From Escherichia coli (GTDB lineage Bacteria; Pseudomonadota; Gammaproteobacteria; Enterobacterales; Enterobacteriaceae), in the NCBI RefSeq assembly GCF_003018115.1, contig NZ_CP027457.1: DNA of 64,000 bases. The stretch is one strand, 5' to 3'. Below, piece after piece: positions 20,533-31,760 of the stretch. The translations under genes were made by a program, and so were the position numbers. A model generated the notes under the pieces. That model worked only from the letters and a program-made list of their open reading frames with translations, searched no databases and was not told the origin of the DNA. The first letter of the stretch is position 1, and every line of letters begins with the position of its first letter.

Positions 20533-23028
20533 ATGTTAACGATTCAATTTCTCTGTCCTTTGCCTAACGGTCTACATGCTCGTCCGGCGTGGGAACTTAA
20601 AGAACAGTGCAGCCAGTGGCAAAGCGAAATCACTTTTATTAACCATCGCCAGAACGCAAAGGCCGATGCCAAAAGCTCGCTGGCGCTGATTGGCACCGGC
20701 ACCCTATTTAATGACAGTTGCAGCCTGAATATTAGCGGCAGCGATGAAGAGCAGGCGCGGCGCGTGCTGGAAGAGTACATCCAGGTGCGCTTTATCGACA
20801 GCGACAGCGTTCAGCCTACGCAGGCAGAACTGACGGCGCATCCGCTGCCGCGTTCATTAAGCCGCCTTAACCCGGATTTACTGTACGGCAATGTGCTGGC
20901 AAGCGGCGTCGGCGTGGGTACGCTGACCCTGTTACAAAGCGACAGCCTCGACAGTTATCGGGCAATCCCCGCCAGTGCGCAAGATTCCACCCGGCTGGAG
21001 CACAGCCTGGCAACGCTTGCCGAGCAACTGAACCAGCAATTGCGTGAGCGTGACGGCGAAAGCAAAACTATCCTCAGCGCCCATTTGTCGCTGATTCAGG
21101 ATGATGAATTTGCAGGCAATATCCGTCGCCTGATGACAGAACAGCATCAGGGGCTGGGGGCGGCGATCATCAGCAATATGGAGCAGGTTTGCGCCAAACT
21201 TTCTGCTTCTGCCAGCGATTATCTGCGCGAACGTGTTAGCGACATTCGCGATATTAGCGAACAGTTGCTGCATATTACCTGGCCGGAACTGAAGCCGCGC
21301 AACAATCTGGTGCTGGAAAAACCGACTATTCTGGTGGCCGAGGATTTAACCCCAAGCCAGTTTTTAAGCCTGGATTTAAAAAATCTTGCGGGCATGATTC
21401 TGGAGAAAACCGGGCGCACCTCGCATACCCTGATTCTGGCCCGCGCCTCGGCGATCCCGGTACTGAGCGGCCTGCCGCTGGATGCGATTGCCCGTTATGC
21501 CGGGCAACCTGCAGTGCTTGACGCCCAGTGCGGCGTGCTGGCGATTAACCCGAATGACGCGGTGAGCGGTTATTATCAGGTCGCGCAGACGCTGGCGGAT
21601 AAACGCCAAAAACAACAGGCGCAGGCTGCCGCGCAGCTGGCTTATTCCCGTGATAACAAGCGTATTGATATCGCGGCGAATATTGGCACCGCTCTGGAAG
21701 CGCCTGGCGCGTTTGCCAACGGCGCGGAAGGCGTCGGGCTGTTCCGTACCGAAATGCTGTATATGGATCGCGACAGCGCGCCGGACGAGCAGGAGCAATT
21801 TGAAGCCTACCAGCAAGTGCTACTGGCAGCGGGCGACAAGCCGATTATCTTCCGCACAATGGACATCGGAGGCGATAAAAGCATTCCTTATCTGAATATT
21901 CCCCAGGAAGAGAACCCGTTCCTCGGCTATCGCGCGGTACGTATTTACCCGGAATTTGCTGGCCTGTTCCGCACTCAACTGCGGGCCATTTTGCGCGCCG
22001 CCAGTTTCGGCAACGCCCAGTTGATGATCCCGATGGTCCACAGCCTCGATCAGATCTTATGGGTGAAGGGCGAGATCCAAAAAGCGATCGTTGAGCTTAA
22101 GCGCGATGGCCTGCGTCATGCAGAGACGATTACGCTGGGTATCATGGTGGAAGTGCCGTCGGTGTGCTACATCATCGATCACTTCTGCGATGAGGTCGAT
22201 TTCTTCAGTATCGGCTCCAACGATATGACCCAGTATCTGTATGCGGTCGATCGTAATAACCCGCGCGTATCGCCGCTATATAACCCGATTACGCCATCGT
22301 TCCTGCGCATGTTGCAGCAAATAGTTACCACTGCGCATCAGCGGGGCAAATGGGTAGGCATTTGCGGTGAACTGGGCGGTGAAAGCCGTTATCTGCCGCT
22401 ACTGCTTGGGCTGGGCCTGGATGAGCTGAGTATGAGTAGCCCGCGCATTCCGGCGGTGAAAAGCCAGCTTCGTCAACTGGATAGCGAGGCGTGTCGGGAA
22501 CTGGCACGTCAGGCGTGTGAATGTCGCAGCGCGCAGGAAATTGAAGCGTTACTCACCGCCTTTACGCCGGAAGAAGACGTTCGCCCGCTGCTGGCGCTGG
22601 AGAATATCTTCGTTGATCAGGCCTTTAGCAATAAAGAGCAGGCGATCCAGTTCCTGTGCGGTAACCTCGGCGTTAACGGGCGCACTGAACATCCGTTCGA
22701 GCTGGAAGAGGATGTCTGGCAGCGGGAAGAGATTGTCACCACTGGCGTTGGTTTTGGCGTGGCGATCCCGCACACCAAATCTCAGTGGATCCGTCATTCC
22801 AGTATCAGCATTGCCCGGCTGGCGAAACCGGTTGACTGGCAGTCAGAAATGGGCGAAGTCGAACTGGTGATCATGCTGACGCTGGGTGCTAACGAAGGGA
22901 TGAATCATGTGAAAGTCTTCTCGCAGCTGGCGCGTAAACTGGTGAATAAAAACTTCCGCCAGTCGTTGTTTGCCGCGCAAGATGCACAAAGTATCCTGAC
23001 GCTGCTGGAAACAGAATTAACCTTCTGA
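20533..23028 (+). CDS. fryA: PTS multiphosphoryl transfer protein (HPr-EI-EIIA fusion)
   Basis: 831 aa; N-terminal HPr-like domain, central Enzyme I PEP-utilising domain, C-terminal EIIA. Confidence 0.92.
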   Translation: MLTIQFLCPLPNGLHARPAWELKEQCSQWQSEITFINHRQNAKADAKSSLALIGTGTLFNDSCSLNISGSDEEQARRVLEEYIQVRFIDSDSVQPTQAELTAHPLPRSLSRLNPDLLYGNVLASGVGVGTLTLLQSDSLDSYRAIPASAQDSTRLEHSLATLAEQLNQQLRERDGESKTILSAHLSLIQDDEFAGNIRRLMTEQHQGLGAAIISNMEQVCAKLSASASDYLRERVSDIRDISEQLLHITWPELKPRNNLVLEKPTILVAEDLTPSQFLSLDLKNLAGMILEKTGRTSHTLILARASAIPVLSGLPLDAIARYAGQPAVLDAQCGVLAINPNDAVSGYYQVAQTLADKRQKQQAQAAAQLAYSRDNKRIDIAANIGTALEAPGAFANGAEGVGLFRTEMLYMDRDSAPDEQEQFEAYQQVLLAAGDKPIIFRTMDIGGDKSIPYLNIPQEENPFLGYRAVRIYPEFAGLFRTQLRAILRAASFGNAQLMIPMVHSLDQILWVKGEIQKAIVELKRDGLRHAETITLGIMVEVPSVCYIIDHFCDEVDFFSIGSNDMTQYLYAVDRNNPRVSPLYNPITPSFLRMLQQIVTTAHQRGKWVGICGELGGESRYLPLLLGLGLDELSMSSPRIPAVKSQLRQLDSEACRELARQACECRSAQEIEALLTAFTPEEDVRPLLALENIFVDQAFSNKEQAIQFLCGNLGVNGRTEHPFELEEDVWQREEIVTTGVGFGVAIPHTKSQWIRHSSISIARLAKPVDWQSEMGEVELVIMLTLGANEGMNHVKVFSQLARKLVNKNFRQSLFAAQDAQSILTLLETELTF

Positions 23029-23030
23029 CG

Positions 23031-23888
23031 TTAGCCCTGAAAACGGGCGCTGTACTCTCCCGGCGTCAGACCAAACTGACGCCGGAAAACGCGACAAAAA
23101 TAGTCGCTATCCGGAAAACCGCAACGCTGTGCCACTTCATGAATTGACAGATGATATTTCTGCAAAATCATCCTCGCCTTCGCCATTCGCACCCAACGCA
23201 CATACTCGATAAAACGCATCGTTCCATGCTGAGCAAACAGTTTTGACAGATGATTGGGCGTGATATTAAAAAACTGCGCCACGCTCTCGCGGGTGAGCGG
23301 CTGGGCATAATTATCCTGAACCCAGTTACAAATGCTGTGATAGAGAAAATCGCCGCGCGGCTGCGAATTGCCCGGCGGCATATTCACCACGTTACGGCAA
23401 AGATGCAGCAAACTTAACACCAGCGGCTGAATGATATTTTGCTCCAGCGGCGAACGGCTAAGATGGGTGAGGGCGGTAAGCATCGCTTCACCTTCACCGC
23501 GTTGCAGGCTGGGAAGCTGGATCTGGCGAGCAGGATGCAACAACGACGTGGTGCGGCTATCGTAAAACGATAACCCAAGCCAGGTCGGAGCGAACACCAG
23601 GCTTAACAGCATCACCGGTTTGTTGTTGATCGGTAAATTAGCCGCGCGCGCCGGAATAAACAGCATTTCTCCTTCCACCAAACGTTGCTGCTTTGCTTCC
23701 AGCAGATTGCCGTATTCGCCGCGCAGCACGATATCCAGACGGGGAAAATCAATACATAAACTGCCCACCGGCAACGAGGCAGGCTGGCTGGCAAACCAGA
23801 CGCGCCCCAGTAGTTGCGGGTTAAGCACCAGGCCGCTGAACAGATCGGCGAAAAATTGTTGATCGGCGGGCAAGCCTGGTGCTTTCAT
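23031..23888 (-). CDS. ypdC: AraC-family transcriptional regulator
   Basis: 285 aa with C-terminal AraC HTH. Confidence 0.88.
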   Translation of the reverse strand: MKAPGLPADQQFFADLFSGLVLNPQLLGRVWFASQPASLPVGSLCIDFPRLDIVLRGEYGNLLEAKQQRLVEGEMLFIPARAANLPINNKPVMLLSLVFAPTWLGLSFYDSRTTSLLHPARQIQLPSLQRGEGEAMLTALTHLSRSPLEQNIIQPLVLSLLHLCRNVVNMPPGNSQPRGDFLYHSICNWVQDNYAQPLTRESVAQFFNITPNHLSKLFAQHGTMRFIEYVRWVRMAKARMILQKYHLSIHEVAQRCGFPDSDYFCRVFRRQFGLTPGEYSARFQG

Positions 23889-23900
23889 GAAAGTTCCCGA

Positions 23901-24635
23901 TTAAAGATGCATTAACTGGCGAAATTCTTTTACTTTGCTGCGGCTGACTGGCACTTCAAAATCCAGATCTTTCAGCCGCAGAATATAGGTGTTATTAAAC
24001 CACGGTTCGATTTCGCGGATTTTGTTCAGATTGACACAAAATGAGCGATGGCAGCGGAAAAAATGCGACGGCGGCAGTTTGCTGCAAAATTCGGTAATGT
24101 TCATCGGCATTACGTAGGATTCACGCCGCGTATAGACAAAGGTCATTTTCTCGTGCGCTTCGGCGTAATAGATATCGTTAATTGGCGTGACGATTATTCG
24201 CTCATCTTTCACCAGATTAATGGTGTCATTCTCACGCGTTACCGTCGCGGCAGGCGTGCTGCTGGTCTGCTGTTGTTGCCAGGCCGCTTCCAGTTTTTGC
24301 AGCATCCCGGTAATGCGTGACTCCTGATACGGTTTTAGAATGTAGTCAAACGCCTCCAGTTCAAACGCTTCTACCGCATGTTCTTTCCACGCGGTGATGA
24401 ACACAATAAACGGTTTATGGGCGAACTGGCTGATGTTTTGCGCCAGCAACACACCATCCAGCGACGGAATATTGATATCCAGAAAAATGGCGTCGACGCG
24501 GTTATGCTGCAAAAACTTCAACACGTCCAGACCGTCGTCAAAGGTGCCGACAATCTCCATCTGGCTGTGCTCTTTAATTAGCCAGCTCAGTTCCTGTTGT
24601 GCCAGGAATTCGTCTTCAACAATGATGACTTTCAC
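23901..24635 (-). CDS. ypdB: LytTR-family response regulator
   Basis: Receiver domain plus LytTR domain; 244 aa if started at GTG (VKVIIVEDE), or 250 aa from ATG at 24653 overlapping the ypdA stop. Confidence 0.88.
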   Translation of the reverse strand: MKVIIVEDEFLAQQELSWLIKEHSQMEIVGTFDDGLDVLKFLQHNRVDAIFLDINIPSLDGVLLAQNISQFAHKPFIVFITAWKEHAVEAFELEAFDYILKPYQESRITGMLQKLEAAWQQQQTSSTPAATVTRENDTINLVKDERIIVTPINDIYYAEAHEKMTFVYTRRESYVMPMNITEFCSKLPPSHFFRCHRSFCVNLNKIREIEPWFNNTYILRLKDLDFEVPVSRSKVKEFRQLMHL

Positions 24636-24649
24636 AATATCACTCCGGC

Positions 24650-26347
24650 TCAAAGCAATAACGTAGCCTGTGAGGCGACTGGGGTGCGTTGGTTAGGAAT
24701 GTAAAACGCAATTTCCGTTCCTGGTTCCAGGCGGCGGATATGCAGCCCCTCGCCATACAATAACTTCACGCGATGATGAACATTCAGCAGGCCAATTTTA
24801 TTGCCCGGCATTTCATTCGCTTCGACCCGCTCAATCACCTTTGGATCGATGCCGTGCCCGGTATCCCGCACCGCAATGCGTACCCGATTGCCGCACTCTG
24901 CAACGCTGATGGTGACAACGCCTTTACCTTTGCAAGGCTGGATACCGTGGACAATGGCATTCTCCACCAACGGCTGGATCAGCAGGCTGGGAATGCAGCA
25001 ATTCACCTCTTCATCAATATCATAGATAACCGTGAGCTTGTCGCCAAAGCGGGCCTGCTCAATGGCAATATAGTCTTTAATTTGATACAGCTCTTTTTTG
25101 ATATCGATTTGCTCATCGTCTTTTAATTCAATGTTATAGCGCAGATAACGCGACAGATTAAAGATCAGCTGGCGAGCAGTATCCGGATTCAGACGGATTG
25201 ACGATGAAATAGCGTTCAAAGCGTTAAACAGGAAATGGGGATTAATTTTGCTTTGCAGGGCGCGAAGCTCTGCCTTATTTGCCATTTCACGTAGCTGCTC
25301 GGCGCGTGAAACCTCCAGTTGCGTGGAGATGATTTGCGACAGACCAACCGCCATTTCCTGTAATGACGAGGTTATCTGATGTGCGTGGCAGTAGTAAATT
25401 TTCAGCGTTCCGGTCACAACGCCTTTCTCCCAAAGCGGGATCACCAGCATCGAGTGGATTTCCGGCGTACGGTGGGCTTCATCATTGTTTTTAATGATGA
25501 TTTTTCCGTAATTCATCGCCTGACGGGTCGTCGGGCTAATGAAGTCATCGCCATTCTGATAGTTATGCTCACCCACGCCAACATAGGCCAGCACATGATC
25601 GGTATTGGTAATCGCCACCGCATCGGCGTGAATGTCATCGCGGATAATTTCGCAGACCTTGCGTAATGACTCGCTATTGACATGGCGAAACAGAGGTAGC
25701 GTTTTGTTGGCGATATCCAGCGCCAACTTGGCCTGCCGCGCGGCGCTGGCCTCTTTTTCGCCCTCAACGCTTTGCACCAGAAGCACAATAAAGCCGATAC
25801 AGACGCTGCCGAGGATCATTGGAATCCCGATTTTAGAGACAATATCGATCCCCAGCGCGGTAGTTGGTGCCCAGACAATCACCAGAATCATGGTCAACGT
25901 TTCACACAACATGCCGCCGAGAATACCGACGCGCCAGCGCTGTGCTTTGGGGATTTTCAGGTTGATCCAGCCCGATATACAACCCGCCAGAATGCTGGTG
26001 ATAAAGCAGGGGATCGCCGTCACGCCGCCGATATCAATTAAATACCGGTGAATACCCGCAATCACGCCGGTAATGATGCCTACCCACGGGCCAAACAGAA
26101 TCCCGCCGGACATCACCGCGATAATACGTACGTTCACCAGCGAGCCTTCTACGGGAACGCCGGACCAGGTGCTGAACAGGGCGAACAGCGAGAAAATGGC
26201 GGTAACGGCGAGCAATTCTTTTGGGGAGTGCGCCGACTTGTGCAACAGTTCGCGAAACAGGCGGATACGGATGAGAAAGAACAGGCAGATAAGCATTAAC
26301 GCTGCCCGATCGAAGACCGCCAGCAGCATGTTGAATATTTCGTGCAC
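24650..26347 (-). CDS. ypdA: sensor histidine kinase (LytS/5TM-GAF-HK type)
   Basis: 565 aa; N-terminal membrane domain, GAF, His kinase with HATPase motifs. Confidence 0.9.
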
Positions 26348-26723
26348 GGGTGACTCTGAATAAGGATTAAACCTCTATGATAGGTAACCTGAAGGCTGAT
26401 GACCAGCAGGCCGTTTTTGAGGAAAAACCATAATTTTAAAAGGGGATTGATAGATAAATGGTGTATTAGCAATGCATCTCTTGATAATGCACTTCTGGTT
26501 AGTAAATTTATTGAAATTATTATGTTAATAAAATGGGTGGTAATTTTCTTGTTAGCGCAGATAAATTTCCTGTTTTTAAAGCAGAGTTCCTCATTTAACG
26601 TCATTAATAAAAATGTTCTAAAACGCTGGACAGACAGAAATTAATCAGGCTATTTTCAAAACAGCCACCATTGTGGCAGCGTCGCTCGGACGGTCCGGGC
26701 GCTAACGTTAATCTGAGGAAATT

Positions 26724-27962
26724 ATGGCTGACACTCGCCCTGAACGTCGCTTTACGCGCATTGATCGTCTCCCGCCCTACGTTTTTAACATCACCGCTGA
26801 ACTGAAAATGGCTGCGCGTCGGCGCGGCGAAGATATTATCGATTTCAGCATGGGTAACCCGGACGGTGCGACTCCGCCGCATATCGTCGAAAAATTATGT
26901 ACTGTGGCCCAGCGCCCGGACACGCATGGTTACTCCACTTCACGCGGCATTCCGCGGTTACGTCGCGCCATTTCCCGCTGGTATCAGGATCGCTACGACG
27001 TTGAAATCGACCCGGAATCAGAAGCCATCGTCACTATTGGTTCGAAAGAGGGCCTGGCGCATCTGATGCTGGCGACGCTGGATCATGGTGACACGGTGCT
27101 GGTGCCGAATCCAAGTTACCCGATCCATATTTATGGCGCGGTGATTGCCGGGGCGCAGGTACGCTCAGTGCCGCTGGTGGAAGGTGTCGATTTCTTCAAC
27201 GAACTGGAGCGCGCCATTCGTGAAAGTTATCCGAAACCGAAGATGATGATCCTCGGCTTCCCGTCGAATCCAACCGCGCAATGCGTGGAGCTGGAGTTCT
27301 TCGAAAAGGTTGTGGCGCTGGCGAAACGCTACGATGTGCTGGTGGTCCACGACCTGGCCTATGCCGATATCGTCTACGATGGCTGGAAAGCGCCGTCAAT
27401 CATGCAGGTACCGGGTGCACGCGATGTGGCAGTCGAGTTCTTTACGCTGTCGAAAAGCTACAACATGGCGGGCTGGCGTATCGGCTTTATGGTTGGCAAC
27501 AAAACGCTGGTCAGCGCCCTGGCTCGTATTAAAAGCTATCACGATTACGGCACCTTTACGCCGTTGCAGGTGGCGGCGATTGCGGCGCTGGAGGGCGATC
27601 AACAGTGCGTGCGCGACATTGCCGAACAGTACAAACGCCGCCGTGATGTATTGGTTAAAGGGCTGCATGAAGCGGGCTGGATGGTTGAAATGCCGAAGGC
27701 TTCGATGTATGTCTGGGCGAAAATCCCGGAACCATATGCGGCCATGGGATCGCTGGAATTTGCCAAGAAGCTCCTTAACGAAGCGAAGGTTTGTGTCTCG
27801 CCGGGGATTGGCTTTGGCGACTATGGTGATACGCATGTTCGCTTTGCACTGATTGAAAACCGCGACCGTATTCGTCAGGCGATTCGTGGGATTAAAGCGA
27901 TGTTCCGTGCCGACGGTTTACTACCCGCCAGCAGCAAACATATTCACGAAAACGCGGAATAA
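26724..27962 (+). CDS. alaC: glutamate-pyruvate aminotransferase (PLP fold type I)
   Basis: 412 aa; PLP-lysine context [10 protein letters not shown]. Confidence 0.92.
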   Translation: MADTRPERRFTRIDRLPPYVFNITAELKMAARRRGEDIIDFSMGNPDGATPPHIVEKLCTVAQRPDTHGYSTSRGIPRLRRAISRWYQDRYDVEIDPESEAIVTIGSKEGLAHLMLATLDHGDTVLVPNPSYPIHIYGAVIAGAQVRSVPLVEGVDFFNELERAIRESYPKPKMMILGFPSNPTAQCVELEFFEKVVALAKRYDVLVVHDLAYADIVYDGWKAPSIMQVPGARDVAVEFFTLSKSYNMAGWRIGFMVGNKTLVSALARIKSYHDYGTFTPLQVAAIAALEGDQQCVRDIAEQYKRRRDVLVKGLHEAGWMVEMPKASMYVWAKIPEPYAAMGSLEFAKKLLNEAKVCVSPGIGFGDYGDTHVRFALIENRDRIRQAIRGIKAMFRADGLLPASSKHIHENAE

Positions 27963-28026
27963 ACACCGTCGTCAGAAATGCAAACAGGAGCCTGATGGCT
28001 CCTGTTTTTCATTGCACAGTTTGCTT

Positions 28027-28098
28027 TTAGATCATCAGGGCAAAAGTACCGGCCCAAACGATGACCATAAAAGAAATGCCCATAAAGAAATATTTCAC
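28027..28098 (-). CDS. ypdK: very small membrane protein (23 aa, GTG start)
   Basis: Minus strand encodes (M)KYFFMGISFMVIVWAGTFALMI; an in-frame upstream ATG at 28143 is also possible. Confidence 0.55.
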   Translation of the reverse strand: MKYFFMGISFMVIVWAGTFALMI

Positions 28099-28453
28099 TT
28101 TACATCTCTCCGCGTAATTACTGTTACGCCTGAATGACTTCATTACACCTGATACAGTGAGTTGACACCGGGCAAAGCGACCTTAAAAGCCCTGTATTTT
28201 ACCGTGGGCATCACCCCAGAATTCTGAGCTAAACTGCTCGAGACGGCGCTAATGTACGCCTAAAACTGAAACGAGACAAGAGACATTTTCTTATTTACTT
28301 TTAGTAACTTACAAGTGTCTCATATCGGCGACAGTTTAATTTCTGACGGTAATAATTAGATATTCAGCGAAGGAAAAAACCTTAAGAAAAAAGCCATAAA
28401 AACCATGAGGTTATTATGGCCGATTTGAGGAGGGAAAGAGTAAGAGCAGTTTG

Positions 28454-29374
28454 TTAAATGTACAACGACGATTCTCCCACCGGGCGCGTTTTAAAGCGAC
28501 GGTGGATCCAGAGGTACTGCTCCGGTGCGCGCATGATCTCTTTCTCGATAATCTTGTTCATATAGGCAGCGGCTTGATTTTCATCTGTCGGGTAGCCTTC
28601 CATCTCTGGGGTGATGAACAAACGATATCCGCTGTAATCCGCTTTTCTTACCATCGTTACGGTCAACATGGCTGCGCCAGAGAGACGGGAGAGAACATAG
28701 GTGCCATTGGTTGTGGCGACATTTTCCACCGCAAAGAACGGCGCGAAGGAGCTGCCTTTACGACCATAATCCTGATCGGGAGCAAACCATACCGCTTCAC
28801 CTTTCTTCAGTGCACCGACAATGCCGCGCAGATTATTTCTGCCGATCATCGCTTTGTTAGAGCGCATGCGCCCACGGGTCTGCACCCATTCCATCAGCTG
28901 ATTATTATGTGGACGATAGGTAGCCATCATTGGTTGGCACAGTCCCATCACGCGGCCGCCCAGTTCCAGCGACATAAAATGGACGCCGACAACCATTACG
29001 CCGCGATTTTGCATTTGTGCGCGTTTAAGGTTATCCAACCCTTCAACATCAAACCATTTACGTACGCGACTGTCGGGCCAGAACCATGCCATGCCGGTTT
29101 CTACCAGCGCCATGCCGAGTGAACGAAAGTTTTCGGCAATCATCTTCTCGCGTTCTTCCGCAGAATGCTGCGGGAAACAAAGTTCCAGGTTTTTACGGGC
29201 GATAGATTCACGACGTTTCAGGAATGGTCGCGCCATTGCGCCAATACGCGTGCCGAGAAAGCAGAGAACAGGATAAGGAAGCTGTACCCAAAGCCAGAGT
29301 ACACCAAGCCCAAACCATGTGAGCCAGTAGCGAGGATGTAGAAACTCGCGGGAAAATTTGCATTGTGGAAACAT
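28454..29374 (-). CDS. lpxP: lipid A palmitoleoyl acyltransferase (cold-induced)
   Basis: 306 aa from MFPQCKFSREF, LpxL/LpxM family; ORF-track start at 29440 is an upstream extension. Confidence 0.92.
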   Translation of the reverse strand: MFPQCKFSREFLHPRYWLTWFGLGVLWLWVQLPYPVLCFLGTRIGAMARPFLKRRESIARKNLELCFPQHSAEEREKMIAENFRSLGMALVETGMAWFWPDSRVRKWFDVEGLDNLKRAQMQNRGVMVVGVHFMSLELGGRVMGLCQPMMATYRPHNNQLMEWVQTRGRMRSNKAMIGRNNLRGIVGALKKGEAVWFAPDQDYGRKGSSFAPFFAVENVATTNGTYVLSRLSGAAMLTVTMVRKADYSGYRLFITPEMEGYPTDENQAAAYMNKIIEKEIMRAPEQYLWIHRRFKTRPVGESSLYI

Positions 29375-29726
29375 AGTTACCTTCTGTAGATACGAATTGT
29401 TGTATCGCAGAAGATTCCATGTCGACAGCGGTACACTCAATTGGTTGGGCCATCATGTACGACAATGGTTCCTGTAAAGAGTGTAAAGACTAGTCAGGAC
29501 ATAACCACGAGGAGCATGAATGCGGTATCTGTACTTTATCACTCGCTGACTGCTTTCAGCTACTGATTATTAATCGTGCAAAGTAAATATTTTTCCGTAC
29601 ACAACAGTCTTGCATTTAACATGCTGTTTTCATTGATGCTTAGCAAAAATTGCCAGAGGTTAAGGATTGTCTTACTATTAAAGTGACTGAAGTTACAGGT
29701 TTTTTAGCGCGGCAGGAGGTTGAGCT

Positions 29727-29969
29727 ATGATTTATTTATGGATGTTTCTCGCCCTGTGTATTGTCTGCGTAAGCGGCTACATCGGTCAGGTACTGAACGT
29801 GGTATCGGCGGTCTCTTCTTTCTTCGGCATGGTGATCCTCGCTGCACTCATTTATTACTTCACCATGTGGTTAACTGGCGGTAATGAACTAGTGACGGGG
29901 ATATTTATGTTTCTTGCCCCGGCTTGTGGCTTGATGATTCGCTTTATGGTGGGGTATGGCAGGCGATAG
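29727..29969 (+). CDS. yfdY: small inner-membrane protein (DUF2545-like)
   Basis: 80 aa with two hydrophobic segments. Confidence 0.85.
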   Translation: MIYLWMFLALCIVCVSGYIGQVLNVVSAVSSFFGMVILAALIYYFTMWLTGGNELVTGIFMFLAPACGLMIRFMVGYGRR

Positions 29970-30045
29970 TGGGTCAGGATGGCTCATTTGGGCAGGTGTT
30001 CACATCAGCATCAGACATGATTGTTCACCTGCCATGTGACAGACG

Positions 30046-30321
30046 CTATCGCACAGGATGAATAAGATAATTCGCCTTTGTCGGATAAGTAGGCGTGATT
30101 TCTTCTGTGAGGTTTAATGGTGGCGCATCTTCTCTCATCTTAAACAAAATCGCCTGTGATGGCTGAAGTTTTGTAGAGTGTGTGGTTGTCATCGCTGATG
30201 TTTTTTCAGTCTCTTTATAGCTCCTCTCACTTACACCACCAGAAATGGAAAATGCAAAAACATTGCATGCCATAATAGAGACCAATAAAAATAAGCTGAA
30301 AAGTATTAAGTTTACTTTCAT
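30046..30321 (-). CDS. ypdI: small putative lipoprotein
   Basis: 91 aa; signal peptide with lipobox-like ...IMAC. Confidence 0.85.
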   Translation of the reverse strand: MKVNLILFSLFLLVSIMACNVFAFSISGGVSERSYKETEKTSAMTTTHSTKLQPSQAILFKMREDAPPLNLTEEITPTYPTKANYLIHPVR

Positions 30322-30463
30322 AGAAAGTTATCCTGAAAATGGTTCACTGAGAACCTACGATGTTATGGCTGTATTTACATATAATTAATCAATATTTACA
30401 TCGATATAATAAATGACATCTCTTTGTGGTACATAAGAATAGTTCTCTGCGACAGGAAGCAGA

Positions 30464-30481
30464 TTCCTACAATTGTAAGAC
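30464..30481. promoter_or_regulatory. EvgA box upstream of yfdX
   Basis: ttcctacaattgtaagac fits the 18-bp inverted-repeat EvgA consensus TTCYTACA-N2-TGTARGAA. Confidence 0.5.
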
Positions 30482-30616
30482 TAAAATACTTCTTGCGATA
30501 ATAACTACAACTGTAAGATAACCCTTTCAAAATGACCGTTGCTCTCTGATTTCTCATTTCATGCTCACCCAATATGATGGCGGCGTTTTCTAAAACTGTT
30601 AAAGAATGAGGTAAGT

Positions 30617-31249
30617 ATGAAACGTTTAATTATGGCTACGATGGTCACAGCAATTCTGGCATCTTCAACTGTATGGGCTGCTGATAATGCACCGGTAGCG
30701 GCACAACAGCAAACTCAGCAAGTTCAGCAAACCCAGAAAACGGCAGCAGCAGAGCGTATCTCTGAACAAGGTTTATATGCGATGCGTGACGTGCAGGTAG
30801 CGCGCCTGGCTCTGTTTCATGGCGATCCGGAAAAGGCAAAAGAACTGACCAATGAAGCTTCAGCTTTGTTGTCAGATGACAGTACCGAATGGGCAAAGTT
30901 CGCTAAGCCAGGTAAAAAGACCAATCTCAATGATGACCAATATATTGTCATTAATGCATCTGTCGGAATTTCTGAGAGTTATGTAGCGACACCCGAAAAA
31001 GAAGCCGCGATAAAAATTGCCAATGAAAAAATGGCGAAAGGGGATAAAAAGGGCGCAATGGAAGAGCTTCGCCTGGCCGGAGTTGGTGTAATGGAAAACC
31101 AATATCTGATGCCGCTTAAACAGACTCGTAATGCACTTGCTGATGCGCAGAAACTGCTTGATAAAAAGCAATACTACGAGGCAAACCTGGCGCTTAAAGG
31201 TGCGGAAGATGGAATCATCGTCGATAGCGAAGCACTGTTTGTGAACTAA
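30617..31249 (+). CDS. yfdX: periplasmic YfdX-family protein (EvgA-induced)
   Basis: 210 aa with signal peptide, Ala/Lys/Glu-rich. Confidence 0.9.
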   Translation: MKRLIMATMVTAILASSTVWAADNAPVAAQQQTQQVQQTQKTAAAERISEQGLYAMRDVQVARLALFHGDPEKAKELTNEASALLSDDSTEWAKFAKPGKKTNLNDDQYIVINASVGISESYVATPEKEAAIKIANEKMAKGDKKGAMEELRLAGVGVMENQYLMPLKQTRNALADAQKLLDKKQYYEANLALKGAEDGIIVDSEALFVN

Positions 31250-31492
31250 TGCTGACAGGCAGTATATTGAGGTAAAGGATTTAACTCCCTCCAGCCGACA
31301 ATTTTTTATGACCACAATACGACAGGTTGTGGTCATAAAATTATTTGGCGCTCGCGGTGCTATAAACTCGCATTTTATCTTCCTCAAAGTAAACCGTAAT
31401 AATCCCGTGTCATCACAAATCATTTATTATGTTATATTTTATGGTACGCTTTAAAAAGCGTAATCATACCCTTACTTGTAAATCACCGGCGC

Positions 31493-31510
31493 TTCTTACA
31501 GTTGTAAGAA
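31493..31510. promoter_or_regulatory. EvgA box, perfect palindrome, upstream of frc
   Basis: ttcttacagttgtaagaa is exactly TTCTTACA-GT-TGTAAGAA. Confidence 0.55.
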
Positions 31511-31760
31511 TAACATCACAAATGTCGCGACTCTCTCTGATTACCACGAACCAATATTTATCATATTCTTCTTTTCGTCCTCACTACTTACCATGCAGAA
31601 AGGAATTGGAAGTAGCGATGAAATGATTTTCAGCACTTGATACAGGAATGTGAAAATATCGAGTGCAGCTACGACGATATTTTGCGGATTATTTATAGAG
31701 GCGTTATGCCTTAAATAAACGCTAAATTAACACATATTTAATTAACTAATAGGTATTGCT

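Noticed and set aside
27310-27852. 180-aa ORF in an alternative frame of alaC (and the antisense 27396..27836)
   Set aside because: Arg/Trp-rich frame-shifted translation of a GC-rich gene; alaC frame is the supported one
28451-29122. 223-aa ORF antisense to lpxP
   Set aside because: Shadow ORF; lpxP on the minus strand is the recognisable acyltransferase
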